Source of the DNA: an uncultured bacterium
GTDB lineage: Bacteria; Edwardsbacteria; AC1; EtOH8
Length of the DNA: 60,189 bases
Direction: 5' to 3'
NCBI GenBank assembly: GCA_963780225.1
Contig: CAWAAX010000005.1
Coordinates: forward strand, 1-60,189
Below the pieces are notes generated by a model. It saw nothing but the letters and a program-made list of their open reading frames with translations. It was not told the origin of the DNA and did not search any database. Both the position numbers and the translations under genes were made by a program. Within the stretch, counting starts at the first letter, position 1; the number at the start of each line of letters is the position of its first letter. Shown here piece after piece: positions 1 to 11,507 of the stretch.

Positions 1-614
1 TGCACGCCGAGCATCTTCTGGTGGACGGAGGCAAGATGTCCAAGTCGTTGAACAACTTTTTCCGGGTGATGGACCTGATTGACAAGGGATACGATCCGCT
101 GGGCTACCGTTATTTCTGCTTTACCGGTCACTACCGGTCACAGTTAAGCTTTACCTACGAATCTTTGACCGCCGCCCAGCGGGCGCTGGAGAATCTGAGA
201 GCTGAGATAGCTAAACTAAGAAGTTCCGAAGGTGAGAAGATGGGAAATTCCGAAGATGGGAAGATTTCCGGGTGGAAGGACAAGTTCCTATCGGCCATCA
301 ACGACGACCTGAACATGCCGCAGGCAATAGCGGTACTGTGGGATACGGTGAAGTCCTCAGACCTCAGCCCCGCCCAGAAACTGGCGCTGATAGGCGATTA
401 CGACCGGGTGCTGGGACTGAACCTGCTGGATAGCAAGAAGGACTCAGGTCTTCCCGCGGAGGTGGAACAACTTCTGCAGAAGCGCAAAGAGGCCCGGGCC
501 GCCAAAGACTGGGCCGGCTCGGATGTCATCAGAAACCAGATCCTGGCCCTGGGCTATGTGGTGGAGGACGGCAAGGGCGGTCAGACGGTAAGGGAGAAGA
601 AGTTCGGAGAGTGA
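1..614 (+). CDS. cysS: Cysteine--tRNA ligase, 3' part (truncated by window start)
   Basis: KMSKS motif, HYRSQL, DDLNMPQA and the C-terminal RKEARAAKDWAGSDVIRN anticodon-binding helix. Confidence 0.95.
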   Translation, partial: HAEHLLVDGGKMSKSLNNFFRVMDLIDKGYDPLGYRYFCFTGHYRSQLSFTYESLTAAQRALENLRAEIAKLRSSEGEKMGNSEDGKISGWKDKFLSAINDDLNMPQAIAVLWDTVKSSDLSPAQKLALIGDYDRVLGLNLLDSKKDSGLPAEVEQLLQKRKEARAAKDWAGSDVIRNQILALGYVVEDGKGGQTVREKKFGE

Positions 615-624
615 GATTGTATAT

Positions 625-730
625 GCCACTGAGGCACAGAGACACAGAGAATAAAAAAAGATTTTACCACAGAAACATGGAAGAACCGAAGCACGGGAAA
701 TATCACAATTCCATTGTAGGGGCGATAGGT
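625..730 (+). repeat. 8-bp-periodic GCCAC-type hairpin arm (gccactgaggcacagagacacagag) followed by a possible GxxExxY N-terminal remnant
   Basis: Same family as 5647-5728, 10396-10466 and 34533-34617; followed by the short peptide MEEPKH...SIVGA. Confidence 0.5.
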
Positions 731-775
731 TGGTCTTTCTTAAACAAAACAATATTTATTTTAGGAGACCATCTC

Positions 776-3061
776 ATGGCAAATAACATACTTGTTATGT
801 TTGTCCTTTTAATCTTGGCTATAGGCGGTTGCGCTACCCGGATGTCAACCCTGCCGCCCTATGCCGGCAAGAAGGAGATCAGAGCCATCCCAGAATTGGA
901 CAATAAGACAAAACTTGAGGATTCCCTGACCGGCAGGGAGATATCCAACATACTGATCCCTGTCGCACCAGTCCGGCCTGTGACAGATGAGTTCTACGGA
1001 ATGCAGGTTGTTGACAACTACCGTTACATGGAAGACCTGAACAATACAGAGGTTAAAACCTGGATCAAAGGTCAAGCGGACTATGCGACATCGGTTTTAA
1101 AACAAATCCCCGGACACGATGCGTTGATGGCCCGGATCAACGAACTCGATAGCGGTGCTCCATACCGAAGTTACTACTTTAACCGCCGCCCGGACGGAAC
1201 TATCTATTACTATAAAATGCTTTCTTCGGAGAACGTCGAGAAACTTTATATCCGGCACGGATTGCAGGGCCCGGAAGAACTCTTGGTCGATCCCGAGAAA
1301 CGCAATGCATCTGAGGGGGGACATCACTCGTTGCAATTCTATAACCCGTCCCCGGACGGGAAATACATCCTCTACGGTATAACCAGGAATGGTTCGGAGG
1401 TGACCACTTTATATGTACTTGATGTTGCGGCGGGCCGGGACCTGACGGATTCCATCGCCCGGATTGATTCTTGGTACAGCATACCAAACTGGCTTCCGGA
1501 TGGCAGATCGTTCGTCTACGCCAGGTGGCAAAAGACGACCCCCGAAACACCGCGCACAGAATTATATAACAATTCCCGCACTTACCTGCATCACTTGGGC
1601 GAGAATGCAGACCAGGATCAACTCTTGCTCTCATCTGGGCAGTTTTCACAAGTGAACATTGAACCAACTGACTTTCCGAGTATCTGGGTAACAAAAGGCT
1701 CGCGTTTTGCTGTTGCCCAGATCCAGCATGGAGACAATAATGAGCTGAGCCTCTATTGTGTGCCGGTGGAATTCATTGCCCAGCCCAATACTCCCTGGGT
1801 TAAAATATGCGATGTTTCGGATTCAGTGGTGGACTTCTCAATTATGAAGGATGACATCTACTTGATTTCCGCAAAAGGCGCCCCGCGGTATAAATTAGTG
1901 CGTACGCCATTGGCAAGACCCGATTTCGCGAAGGCAAAGATTATTATTCCTCCAGGTGAGGTTGTCATTGAACGCGCCTCACCGGCAAAGGACGCTTTGT
2001 ATGTCCGTGTTTTAGACGGAGGATATAAACGTATCATTCGGGTTGATTATACTTCCCTGAAACCGAAGGGACTTTCTCTTCCGAACAACGGATCAGGTTA
2101 CGTAATATCTTCGAACCGGGAAATCGACGGCGTATTTGTCACCACCAGTACTTGGACAACTGAAGGCAGAATCTATAACTATGATCCAGAAAAAAAGACA
2201 TTCACCGATACCGGCCTCAAGCCGCAAGGGCAATTTGACAATGTCCCCGGTTATGAGTCGAAGGAAGTAAAAGTAAAGAGCCATGACGGCGTATTCGTTC
2301 CTCTTTCAATTATGTATAAATCTGGAATCATATTCGACGGGACAAACCCCACCATTCTGACGGGATACGGCTCGTACGGGATCAGCACTTCCGTCAATTT
2401 TGATCCGATGAATATTGGGTGGCTCGAACGGGGCGGGGTCATTGCCATTGCCCATGTCCGCGGCGGCGGTGAGTACGGAAAGGAGTGGCACCTTGCCGGA
2501 CAGAAGCTCAGGAAGCCGAATAGCTGGAAGGATTTCATCGCCTGCGCCCAGTACCTGATTGACAAAAAATACACTTCCCCGGACCGGCTGGCCTGCAAAG
2601 GCGGCAGCGCGGGTGGCCTCCTTATCGGAAGGGCAATTACCGAGCGCCCCGATCTTTTCGCTGCTGCGGTCATCGGCGCTGGATCGTTAGACATGGTCCG
2701 GATGGAAACGACTGCGAATGGGGTGCCGAATATCCCGGAATTCGGCAGCACCAAGACGGAAGAGGGATTCCGAGGGTTGTATGAAATGAGTTCTCTCCAT
2801 CATGTCGTAAACGGCGTGCATTACCCTGCAGTTCTTTTGACCCATGGAATAAACGATCCGCGGGTTGATCCTTGGGAATCAGCAAAAATGACAGCCAGGC
2901 TACAGGCGGCCACCGCCAGCGGGAAACCTATTTTATTCCGGGTTGACTACGAAGCTGGCCACGGTATTGGCTCAACCAAAACGCAATATCTGGAAGAAAC
3001 AGCCGACACCTGGGCATTCCTGCTCTGGCAGTTTGACGTAAAGGAGTTTCAAAAGAAATGA
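776..3061 (+). CDS. Prolyl oligopeptidase family (S9A) serine peptidase, probable lipoprotein
   Basis: DNYRYME, HVRGGGEYG, GGSAGG (Ser), NDPRV (Asp), AGHG (His); AGGAG RBS before ATG 776; lipobox-like LAIGGC. Confidence 0.9.
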   Translation: MANNILVMFVLLILAIGGCATRMSTLPPYAGKKEIRAIPELDNKTKLEDSLTGREISNILIPVAPVRPVTDEFYGMQVVDNYRYMEDLNNTEVKTWIKGQADYATSVLKQIPGHDALMARINELDSGAPYRSYYFNRRPDGTIYYYKMLSSENVEKLYIRHGLQGPEELLVDPEKRNASEGGHHSLQFYNPSPDGKYILYGITRNGSEVTTLYVLDVAAGRDLTDSIARIDSWYSIPNWLPDGRSFVYARWQKTTPETPRTELYNNSRTYLHHLGENADQDQLLLSSGQFSQVNIEPTDFPSIWVTKGSRFAVAQIQHGDNNELSLYCVPVEFIAQPNTPWVKICDVSDSVVDFSIMKDDIYLISAKGAPRYKLVRTPLARPDFAKAKIIIPPGEVVIERASPAKDALYVRVLDGGYKRIIRVDYTSLKPKGLSLPNNGSGYVISSNREIDGVFVTTSTWTTEGRIYNYDPEKKTFTDTGLKPQGQFDNVPGYESKEVKVKSHDGVFVPLSIMYKSGIIFDGTNPTILTGYGSYGISTSVNFDPMNIGWLERGGVIAIAHVRGGGEYGKEWHLAGQKLRKPNSWKDFIACAQYLIDKKYTSPDRLACKGGSAGGLLIGRAITERPDLFAAAVIGAGSLDMVRMETTANGVPNIPEFGSTKTEEGFRGLYEMSSLHHVVNGVHYPAVLLTHGINDPRVDPWESAKMTARLQAATASGKPILFRVDYEAGHGIGSTKTQYLEETADTWAFLLWQFDVKEFQKK

Positions 3062-3138
3062 CTTCGCGGCTAATCTATTGTAAAAAACATTGATCGCAAG
3101 TGGGCGGCATTAATTTTTATCAATCCTAAAGGGACACT

Positions 3139-3828
3139 ATGAAAATGAAAAAGGTATTTTTAGTCCTTCAGATCTGTTTTTTAATCGGTTGTGCGGCTAC
3201 TACCACCATGCCTCCGTTGGAGAATACCGCAGATTTGAAATTGGATCTGCCGCCCTATACCGGCAGGAAGCAGATCATCGCCGTGCTGGATCTGGATAAC
3301 AAGACCGACTTTGAGGATCCCCGGATCGGGCGGGGCATCTCCAGCATGCTGATAACGGCCCTGGTCAATTCGGGCCGTTTTACGGTGGTGGAGCGCAACG
3401 ATGAAGTGCTGAAGAAGATATTTGCCGAGCAGAAATTGGGGCTAAGCGGCGCCGTTACCGCCCAGACCGCGGCCAAGGTGGGGAAAATGCTGGGGGCCAA
3501 GGCCGTACTTATTGGCGAGGTCAGCGAATTCGGGATCCGCAAGACCTCGGCCTTTGTGGGGGTGGGCGGCAAGAAGACCATCACCACCAGGGTGGTGGTG
3601 GACGCCAGGATGGTGGATTCGGAAACAGCCGAGATAACCGGCGGGGCCACCGGCATCGGCACCAGCAGCACCACCACCCAGGGCGTGGCCCTGACCTTTG
3701 AATTCGGAACTACCGGATTTGACGAGACCACCATCGGCATGGCCACCCGCAAGGCCGTCAACCAGATCGTAACAAAAATCGCCGGAATGGTGGATGCCAA
3801 ACAGCTTAATAATGGAGAAAAGAAATGA
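3139..3828 (+). CDS. CsgG/HfaB-family lipoprotein
   Basis: Lipobox LIGC; LVNSGRFTVVER, EQKLGLSG, AAKVGKMLGA, VDARMVD motifs. Confidence 0.85.
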   Translation: MKMKKVFLVLQICFLIGCAATTTMPPLENTADLKLDLPPYTGRKQIIAVLDLDNKTDFEDPRIGRGISSMLITALVNSGRFTVVERNDEVLKKIFAEQKLGLSGAVTAQTAAKVGKMLGAKAVLIGEVSEFGIRKTSAFVGVGGKKTITTRVVVDARMVDSETAEITGGATGIGTSSTTTQGVALTFEFGTTGFDETTIGMATRKAVNQIVTKIAGMVDAKQLNNGEKK

Positions 3829-4733
3829 AAAAACTTTTGATCGTCCTGACAATGGCTCTGGTTCTGGTCTCGCCGCTTTTGGCCCAGGAGGATGACGGCG
3901 GGATAAAACTAAAACCCACCCCGCCGCCCATCTCCTGCCTGGATTTTTTCAAGGGGACCAAGCAATTTACCTTTACCTATATGTACATGAAACTGGGCCT
4001 GCCGGAAGACTCGGACATGGATGAATCGCCCACCGGCAAGGGTTTTAACATGGAGATGTCCCGGGGCTTCACCAACGGTTTCGGACTGCTGTCCCATTTT
4101 ATGTACTTGGGACTTAACGTGCCGTTCAAGGACCCCACGACCAATATCGTCGAAGATAATCCGGCCTCCGCCATGGCCATGGGGGCCACCATGGTGATAG
4201 ACCTGGTTAAGGGGGAAAAGAGGGACATTGCCGGGGAGATTATCGCCAAAAAGCCCACCCTGGCCATGTTTATGGGGTTTGATTTCAACGGAACCGATTT
4301 TGAGATGGCTAACTTTGCGAACAGCGGATACAAATTTTCAGTCAATACCATGGAAGGAAGCCTGCCTTTGGGCCTGGTAGCCGATATTCCGCTGGGTTAC
4401 TATGTCTCATTGGTGCCGTTCGGACGCTTTGCCTGGAACAGTACCACGGTAACGACTACCATGCCCTGGCTGTTGATATTATATACTTCGCCATATTATA
4501 TGTGGATGTCAGGCATTCCCTCTGATTCCACCTATTCCTCCACCCGGTTCGATTACGGCATGGACATAGACCTTAGGCCGTTCCGCAACGCCCCGGACTG
4601 GAAGATCAGCGTAGGCACGGTGATATCGCAGGTCGAAGGCATGGCCGACGGTAATTTGGTGATCATGGTCAGCATCAAAAAGGAATGGGGCAAGCATTAC
4701 AGCAGCACCACCTTCGGGCCGAAACTGCATTGA
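3825..4733 (+). CDS. Secreted hypothetical protein, probable outer-membrane beta-barrel
   Basis: Signal peptide and amphipathic beta-strand pattern; overlaps the stop of the CsgG gene. Confidence 0.55.
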   Translation: MKKLLIVLTMALVLVSPLLAQEDDGGIKLKPTPPPISCLDFFKGTKQFTFTYMYMKLGLPEDSDMDESPTGKGFNMEMSRGFTNGFGLLSHFMYLGLNVPFKDPTTNIVEDNPASAMAMGATMVIDLVKGEKRDIAGEIIAKKPTLAMFMGFDFNGTDFEMANFANSGYKFSVNTMEGSLPLGLVADIPLGYYVSLVPFGRFAWNSTTVTTTMPWLLILYTSPYYMWMSGIPSDSTYSSTRFDYGMDIDLRPFRNAPDWKISVGTVISQVEGMADGNLVIMVSIKKEWGKHYSSTTFGPKLH

Positions 4734-4778
4734 TCTTTGGATAATGCTTTCCGACGGGGATACAACGGCCTTTAACGC

Positions 4779-4807
4779 TTGACAACTCCGGGCTTTTGCG
4801 GTAAAAT
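4779..4807 (+). promoter_or_regulatory. Sigma70-type promoter of the yebC-ruv region
   Basis: TTGACA-17 bp-TAAAAT. Confidence 0.7.
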
Positions 4808-4885
4808 TATAGTTTATCAACCAATTACGGCAATAATTGGGCGTAAATTATCTTCTAATTTTTGATATACGGAGGTTAAAATAAA

Positions 4886-5636
4886 ATGTCCGGACACTCT
4901 AAATGGGCAACTATCAAGCGTAAAAAAGCCGGCATCGACTCCGCCCGGGGCCAGGCTTTTACCAGGCTGATCAAGGAAATAACCATTGCCGCCCGCAACG
5001 GCGGCGGGGACCCCAACATGAACCCCCGGCTGCGGACCGCCATTCTGTCCGCCAAGGGCGCCAACATGCCGGCCGATAACATCGACCGGGCCATCAAAAA
5101 GGGCACCGGCGAGCTGGAGGGCGTGGTCTACGAAGAGGTGACCTACGAAGGCTACGGCCCCAACGGGGTGGCGGTGATGCTGGACACGGTCACCGACAAC
5201 AAGAACCGCACCGCTTCGGAGCTGCGCCACCTGCTGGCCAAGAACGGCGGCAACATGGGCTCCCAGGGCTGCGTGTCCTGGATGTTCGAGACCAAGGGCG
5301 CTGATCTCGGTGGATTCCTCGGTCACCGACGAGGACACCCTGATGTCGGTGGCTTTGGACGCCGGAGCCGATGATGTCACGCCAGAAGACGGGACATTCG
5401 AGATGCTGACCACCCCGGCCGCCTTCGAAGCGGTTAAAAAGGCCCTGGAGGACAAGAAGATTCCCACTCTTTCGGCCGAGGTCACCAAGCTGCCCCAGAA
5501 CACGGTCCAGCTGGATTTCAGCCAGGCCACCACCATGATGAAGCTGATGGACGCGCTGGAGGAGTTCGACGACACCCAGAAGGTCTACAGCAACTTTGAC
5601 ATCCCGGCCGACGTGATGGCCAAACTGGACAAATAA
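4886..5636 (+). CDS. yebC: YebC/PmpR family protein (frameshift near 5298, probably a sequencing error)
   Basis: [29 protein letters not shown]-terminal [10 protein letters not shown] in another frame. Confidence 0.9.
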
Positions 5637-5646
5637 ATTTATACCA

Positions 5647-5728
5647 GCCACTAAGTCACAAAGGCACTAAAGCAGATAATCTTATTTTTTAATGGTTATT
5701 CGTGTTTGTGTCTTAGTGTCTTTGTGGC
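5647..5728. repeat. GCCAC-family 8-bp-periodic intergenic hairpin
   Basis: gccactaagtcacaaaggcactaaag ... tttgtgtcttagtgtctttgtggc inverted arms. Confidence 0.8.
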
Positions 5729-5747
5729 AAAACCCCAGTTGAAAACT

Positions 5748-6248
5748 ATGATAATCTTAGGAATAGATCCCGGAAGCCATAAAACTGGGTACGGCCTGAT
5801 AGAATGCGGCGGTAGCCAAAGCAAGGTAATAGCCCTCGGGTGCCTAAAGGCACGGCCGGGGGCTTCCCTTTCGGCCCGCCTGCTGACCATCCACCAGGGA
5901 TTGAGCCAGGTCATCCAAAAATACCAGCCCCAGGAAGCGGCGGTGGAGGCCACCTTCTACGGCAAGAACGTCCACAGCGCGCTGGTGATGGGCCATGCCC
6001 GGGGCGTTTGTCTGCTGGCGGTGGAGCAGACCGGCTGCAAGCTTTTCGAATATTCTCCGCTGGAGGTCAAGAAGGCGGTGGTGGGGCAGGGCCGGGCCGG
6101 CAAGGGGCAGGTGAGCTTCATGATCCGGGCTCTGCTGGGTTTGAAGGTAAATCCCCAGGAGGACGAGGCCGACGCCCTGGCGGTGGCGATGTGCCACTTG
6201 CAGAGGAGGCAATTTACGGCCAAGGTAAAGGCCGTGGCAAAAGTTTGA
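5748..6248 (+). CDS. ruvC: Holliday junction resolvase RuvC
   Basis: ILGIDPG, VEATFY, GHARG, EYSPLEVKKAVVG, DEADALAVA. Confidence 0.95.
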   Translation: MIILGIDPGSHKTGYGLIECGGSQSKVIALGCLKARPGASLSARLLTIHQGLSQVIQKYQPQEAAVEATFYGKNVHSALVMGHARGVCLLAVEQTGCKLFEYSPLEVKKAVVGQGRAGKGQVSFMIRALLGLKVNPQEDEADALAVAMCHLQRRQFTAKVKAVAKV

Positions 6249-6335
6249 AATGTTGGAAACTGTTATGAAAGGTTTGTTCACCGCCGTCGGCGGGGTGCCG
6301 TCAAAGGCGGCGAAAATGTTGGACGTGAATAATTT

Positions 6336-6422
6336 AGGGGCGATTAGACGAATCGCCCGGACCTAACCCATTCGACAATGCTCAGGGCAGGCCCCTGACC
6401 CCTTCCCCACAAGGGAAGGGGA
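6336..6422. repeat. Cluster of REP-like hairpins (taggggcg...cgccc; ttcgacaatgctcagggcagg nested within a ccccttcccc...gggaagggg element)
   Basis: Visible inverted repeats between ruvC and ruvA. Confidence 0.6.
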
Positions 6423-6456
6423 AACATCTGATAATTAGAAAAATCCAGGATAACAT

Positions 6457-7050
6457 ATGTACCATCACATCAAAGGCACCCTGATCCAAAAATACCCGGC
6501 CGAGGCGGTGATCGAGGCCAACGGGGTGGGCTACCAGATCAGCATCTCGCTGAACACCTTTGAAAAACTGCCGGAGGCGGGCAACCAGGCCAAGCTGCTG
6601 ACCTACCTGCACGTCAAGGAGGACGTACTGCAGCTGTTCGGTTTCAGCGATGACAAGGAGCGCAAGGTCTTTAAGATACTGATCGGCATCTCGGGCATCG
6701 GGCCCAAGCTGGCGCTGACCCTGCTTTCGCACATGGCCCCGTGCGACCTGGAGCAGGCGGTGGCCAACCAGGACATGACCATGCTGACCTGCGATCTCCG
6801 GGATCGGCAAGAAGACGGCCGAGCGGCTGCTGGTGGAGCTGAAGGGCAAGATCGCCGAGGCGGTGGTGGATGGTCTGCCGACGCATCAAAGGACAGGGGA
6901 CAGGGGCCGAGTGATCCGGTGATAGAAGCCTTGATGACATTGGGGCTGAATTTCGCCGAGGCTAAGAGCGCATTGGACAGGGCCAAGGCCAAGCTGGGGG
7001 ATAGCATTCCAGTTGAACAATTAATAAGAGAAGCGTTGAAAGGGAAGTAA
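6457..7050 (+). CDS. ruvA: Holliday junction branch migration protein RuvA (two compensating indels around 6790-6890)
   Basis: NGVGYQI, HVKED, SGIGPKLA; the GIGKKTAERLLVELK segment is present but off-frame. Confidence 0.9.
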   Translation: MYHHIKGTLIQKYPAEAVIEANGVGYQISISLNTFEKLPEAGNQAKLLTYLHVKEDVLQLFGFSDDKERKVFKILIGISGIGPKLALTLLSHMAPCDLEQAVANQDMTMLTCDLRDRQEDGRAAAGGAEGQDRRGGGGWSADASKDRGQGPSDPVIEALMTLGLNFAEAKSALDRAKAKLGDSIPVEQLIREALKGK

Positions 7051-7058
7051 AAGGAACC

Positions 7059-9211
7059 ATGCAACAGTACACTGCAAAAATAGCGGGCTTGACCCAGAAA
7101 TTCAACCCGGTGGAGTATTTCAAGGAATTCAATTTCGAAGAATACCTGAAGTTCGACCTCAAGAATATCAAGGGCGACCTGCTGGGCGGGCTGACCTCGG
7201 CCATCGTGGCCCTGCCCCTGGCCCTGGGCTTCGGCATCCTGGCAACAAATGGAGACCCGCGGGGGGCGGTGGCCGGGCTTTACGGCGCAATCTTCACCGG
7301 CATCCTGGCCTCGCTGTTCGGCGGCACCAGCCAGCAGATCACCGGACCCACCGGCGGGATGACCGTGGTGCTGACCGAGGTTTTTGTGGAAGTGAGCCGG
7401 GGCGGAAACTACCACGCGGCTATGAACGCCCTGCTGTTGGCCTGCCTGATCGCCGGGATCATCCAGATGGCTTTTGGTCTTTTCAAGCTGGGCCGGTTCG
7501 TAAGCTTTGTGCCCCAGCCGGTGATAGTGGGCTTCACCAACGGCATCGCCATCCTGATCTTTTTGCAGCAGCTGAAGACCTTTGCCGCGGCCCCGCTGGT
7601 GGCGGCCATCACCATCGGCTTCATAGTGCTGACCCCGATGTTCAACCGGTCGCTGCCCAAACTTTTCATAGGGCTGGTGCTGGGGTCTTTGGTGGCCTAT
7701 TTCTTCGCCTCGCACTACGCCCTTTTCAACATCGGTTTCAACTGGCAGGGATTCTCCTTTTATGATGCCGGCGGCCTGAAATTGGTGGGAGAGATCCCCC
7801 GGTCATTGCAGCTGCCTTCGTGGCCCACCGCTTCGCTGGCCGCCTGGCGCAAGGCCATTCCGGCCGGGTTCACCATCGCCATCCTGGGATGTCTGGAGAC
7901 ACTCTTGGCCAGCGTGGTGGTGGACACGGTGACCAACACCGAGCACAACAGCAACCGGGAGCTGGTGGGGCAGGGCATAGGCAATTCACTGGCCGCGCTG
8001 TTCGGCGGCATCGCCGGGACCGGGGCCATCGTCCGGACCACCATCAACATCCGCTCCGGCGGGGTGACCCGGCTGTCCGGGGTCATCTGCGGGCTGTTCC
8101 TGCTGATGGTGGTTCTTTTCCTGGCGCCCATCGCCGGTTCATCCCCCTGGCGGCCCTGGCCGGGGTGCTGATGATGGCGGCCATCGGGATGTTCGAGTGG
8201 GAGCCGCTGAAGATGATCCCCAAGACCCCGGCCGCCGATTCGCTGGTGATGGTGACCACCATGCTGGTGACGGTGTTCGCCGACCTGATCTCCGCCGTGC
8301 TGATAGGGATGGTGCTGGCCACCATGCTCTTCCTTAACCGGATGAGCAAGCTGGGTGTGATCCCCCGGACCGAGTCCGAGCTGAAAGGCCTGTCGCCGGA
8401 GACCAAGGAGATCATGAAAAAACAGAAGATAGCGGTCTTCAACATAGAAGGCCCGCTGTTCTTCGGGGCGGTCAAGACATTTTCCCGGGAGCTGACCCAG
8501 GCCTCGCCCGACACCTTGATCTTGGACATGAAGAACGTGCCGGTGCTGGACCTCTCCGGGGCCCAGGCCATCGAGAACGTGGTCAGCCGGATGAAGGCCA
8601 AGAAGAAACGGGTGATCCTGTCCGGCCTGCGCCCGGATGTGCGGCAGGTGCTGCACGAACTGGAGATCATCCAGAAGATAGGCGCCGACAGCTTCCCCGA
8701 CGACCTGTACAAGGCGGTGGACTACGCGGTCTCGCTGTCCCAGAACATTCAGCCCAGCCTGGCCGATTATTTCAAGGACGACCTGGTCATCATAGACGCC
8801 GAGGCTCAAACCAAGGAGGAGTTGTTCGAAGACGCGGCCCAGAAGGCTTTGCAGGCCGGCTATGTCTACGACAAAAAAGCTTTCCTGGACAACCTGTGGC
8901 ACCGGGAGAACGACTCGCCCACCAGTCTGGGCCACGGGGTGGCCATCCCGCATTCCCGCTCCGGGGCGGCCTCGGACGAGATCGTGGTGATATTCATCAA
9001 GCTCAAAAAGGCCATAGCGGGTTACGACGGCATAGACGGCCAGCCGGTGAAACTTATTCTGATGATCTCGGCCGGGGACAATGTCAACGGTTACCTGAAA
9101 GTCTTAAAACTTATAACCCTGGCGGTGGGCCGGGAGGAGCCGAGGCAGAGGCTGTTGGAGGCCAAGAGCGTGGAAGAAGTGCTGGAAGTGTTCAAGGGGA
9201 TAAAGGAGTAA
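7059..9211 (+). CDS. SulP-family anion transporter with STAS domain and fused C-terminal PTS EIIA-2 domain (frameshift near 8135)
   Basis: GDLLGGLTSAIVALPLALGF, NRELVGQG, GPLFFG (STAS), RENDSPTSLGHGVAIPH (EIIA phospho-His motif). Confidence 0.88.
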
Positions 9212-9212
9212 A

Positions 9213-10396
9213 ATGAGAACAGTATCCAAGAGCTTATGGCTCTCAGCGTTAATAAGTTTACTGTTTACAGTTAATGTAAATGCAGAAAACAAGTCATTCG
9301 TCCGCGAATACACCTACCAGGCCGGGGAATACGACAGCCGGCTGACCTGCCGGGCCATTGCCATGACCGAGGCCAAGCGCCTGCTTTTGGAAGAACTGGG
9401 AACATTCCTCAAAAGCTCCACCACCGTCCAGAACGGCATGGTGGTCAGCGACGATGTCTCCATTTTCACCGCCGGAGCCGTGCAGACAAAACTTGTCGAG
9501 GAAAAATGGGACGGGACCCAGTATTGGATCAAGGTCCAGATGGACGCCGACCCGGACAGCGTGGACCTGGCGGTCAAACGCCTGCGGGATGACCAGAACA
9601 AGACGGCCGAGCTGGAAGCTCTTAGACAAAAAACAGACCAGGCCTTAAAGGAGATCGCCCAGCTCAACCGGCAATTGTCCCAGGCTTCATCCGAGGCCTC
9701 CAAATTCTCCGATCAGATCAAGTACCTGGAGAATGCCCGCCAGCTTTCGGCCTCGGAACTGAGCCAGCAGGGCATGGCGGCCCTGATGGCCAATGACCAC
9801 ACCGGCGCGCTTCTGGCATACAGCAAAGCGCTGGAACTGGACCCGCTCAACGGCACTAACCTGGTCAACCGCGGCATTGCCTACGCCCGGGCCGGGGATC
9901 TTAAGAAGGCAATGACTGATTACGACCAGGCGGTCAAGACGATGTCCGGGGACCACCGTCTGTACTACAACCGCGGGATAGCCTTTTACGGTTTGAAGCA
10001 ATATGCCAAGGCCTTGAAGGATTTCAATAAGGCCATTCTGCTGAAACCGGATCACTCGAAATCATTCTATAATCGGGCACTGGTTTACGAAGCTCTGAAA
10101 AACAATAAATTGGCTCAATGGCAGATTACGCGAACTCGATCAAACTGGATCCAACCGACCTTCAGGCTTACAACAACCGGGGAGCGGTTTACCTGCAGCA
10201 AAAACTTTATGCCAAGGCCATCTCGGATTTCAACAAAATGATAGAAATTGATCCAACCTTCAGCGACGGCTACCTGAACCGGGCCGGGGTCTATGCCATC
10301 AAGGGTGACATGGAGTCTGCCCTGACGGATGCCCGCAAGGCGGCGGAACTGGGAAACGAAGATGCCAAATTACTACTGGAACGTATAGAACCTTAG
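9213..10396 (+). CDS. Secreted TPR-repeat protein (frameshift near 10115)
   Basis: Signal peptide, coiled coil, repeated Y/N-NRG TPR motifs continuing in ORF 10118-10396. Confidence 0.8.
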
Positions 10397-10466
10397 CCAC
10401 AAAGACACCAAGACACCAAGCTTATTTATAAGTTGAAATATTTTCGTGCCTTAGTGTCTTAGTGGC
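10396..10466. repeat. GCCAC-family 8-bp-periodic intergenic hairpin
   Basis: gccacaaagacaccaagacaccaag ... ttcgtgccttagtgtcttagtggc. Confidence 0.8.
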
Positions 10467-10490
10467 AAAAAATAAAAACTTCATACTGTT

Positions 10491-11507
10491 ATGACAGACA
10501 AAATCACCATACCCGATATCCTGGAAGGCGATCTGGAGTTCGACAGCTCGGTCCGGCCCCAGACCTTCGGCGATTTCGTGGGCCAGGACAAGATCAAGAG
10601 CAACCTGAAGGTCTTCATCCAGGCGGCCCAGGGGCGGGGCGAGGCCATAGACCACATGCTGTTCTGCGGGCCTCCGGGCCTGGGCAAGACCACATTGGCC
10701 CACATCATCGCCAACGAGATGGGGGTCCAGATCAAGGCCACCACCGGCCCGGTGCTGGAGCGCCCGGCCGACCTGGCCGGGATCCTGACCAACCTCCAGG
10801 AGCACGACGTGCTGTTCATCGACGAGATCCACCGCATCAACCGGATGGTGGAGGAGTACATCTACCCGGCCATGGAGGACTATTGCCTGGACATCATGAT
10901 CGACAAGGGCCCCAGCGCCCGCTCGGTGCGGCTTAACCTTCCCAAGTTCACATTGATCGGAGCCACCACCCGGGCCGGGCTGCTGACCGCGCCGATGCGG
11001 GCCCGCTTCGGGATGATCAACCGGCTGGATTACTATACCCATGCCAATCTGGAGCAGATCATCACCCGCTCGGCCCAGATCCTGAAAGTCGACATCACCG
11101 AAAAGGGAGCCAGGGAGATCGCCAAACGTTCCCGGGGAACGCCCCGGGTGGCCAACCGCCTGCTGCGCCGGGTGAGGGACTTTGCCCAGGTGGAATCGGA
11201 CGGGAAGATCACCGACCAGGTAGCAGACTCGGCCCTGCTGCGTTTGGAGGTCGATGCATTAGGTTTGGACGACATGGACAAGAGGATTTTGGAGGCCATC
11301 ATCAAGAAATTCAACGGCGGGCCGGTGGGCCTGAACACTTTGGCGGTGGCGGTCAGCGAGGAGGCCGATACGCTGGAAGAAGTGTACGAGCCATATCTGA
11401 TCCAGGAGGGTTTCCTAAAACGCACGCCAAGAGGGCGGGAGGCTACGGACCTGGCGTTCAGGCATTTGGGGCTAACATCAACCAATAAACAAACGACCAT
11501 CATATGA
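10491..11507 (+). CDS. ruvB: Holliday junction helicase RuvB
   Basis: [42 protein letters not shown]. Confidence 0.97.
   Translation: MTDKITIPDILEGDLEFDSSVRPQTFGDFVGQDKIKSNLKVFIQAAQGRGEAIDHMLFCGPPGLGKTTLAHIIANEMGVQIKATTGPVLERPADLAGILTNLQEHDVLFIDEIHRINRMVEEYIYPAMEDYCLDIMIDKGPSARSVRLNLPKFTLIGATTRAGLLTAPMRARFGMINRLDYYTHANLEQIITRSAQILKVDITEKGAREIAKRSRGTPRVANRLLRRVRDFAQVESDGKITDQVADSALLRLEVDALGLDDMDKRILEAIIKKFNGGPVGLNTLAVAVSEEADTLEEVYEPYLIQEGFLKRTPRGREATDLAFRHLGLTSTNKQTTII

Noticed and set aside
611..775. 55-aa N-terminal extension of the prolyl oligopeptidase
   Set aside because: It is read-through of repeat DNA; the RBS and signal peptide support a start at 776.
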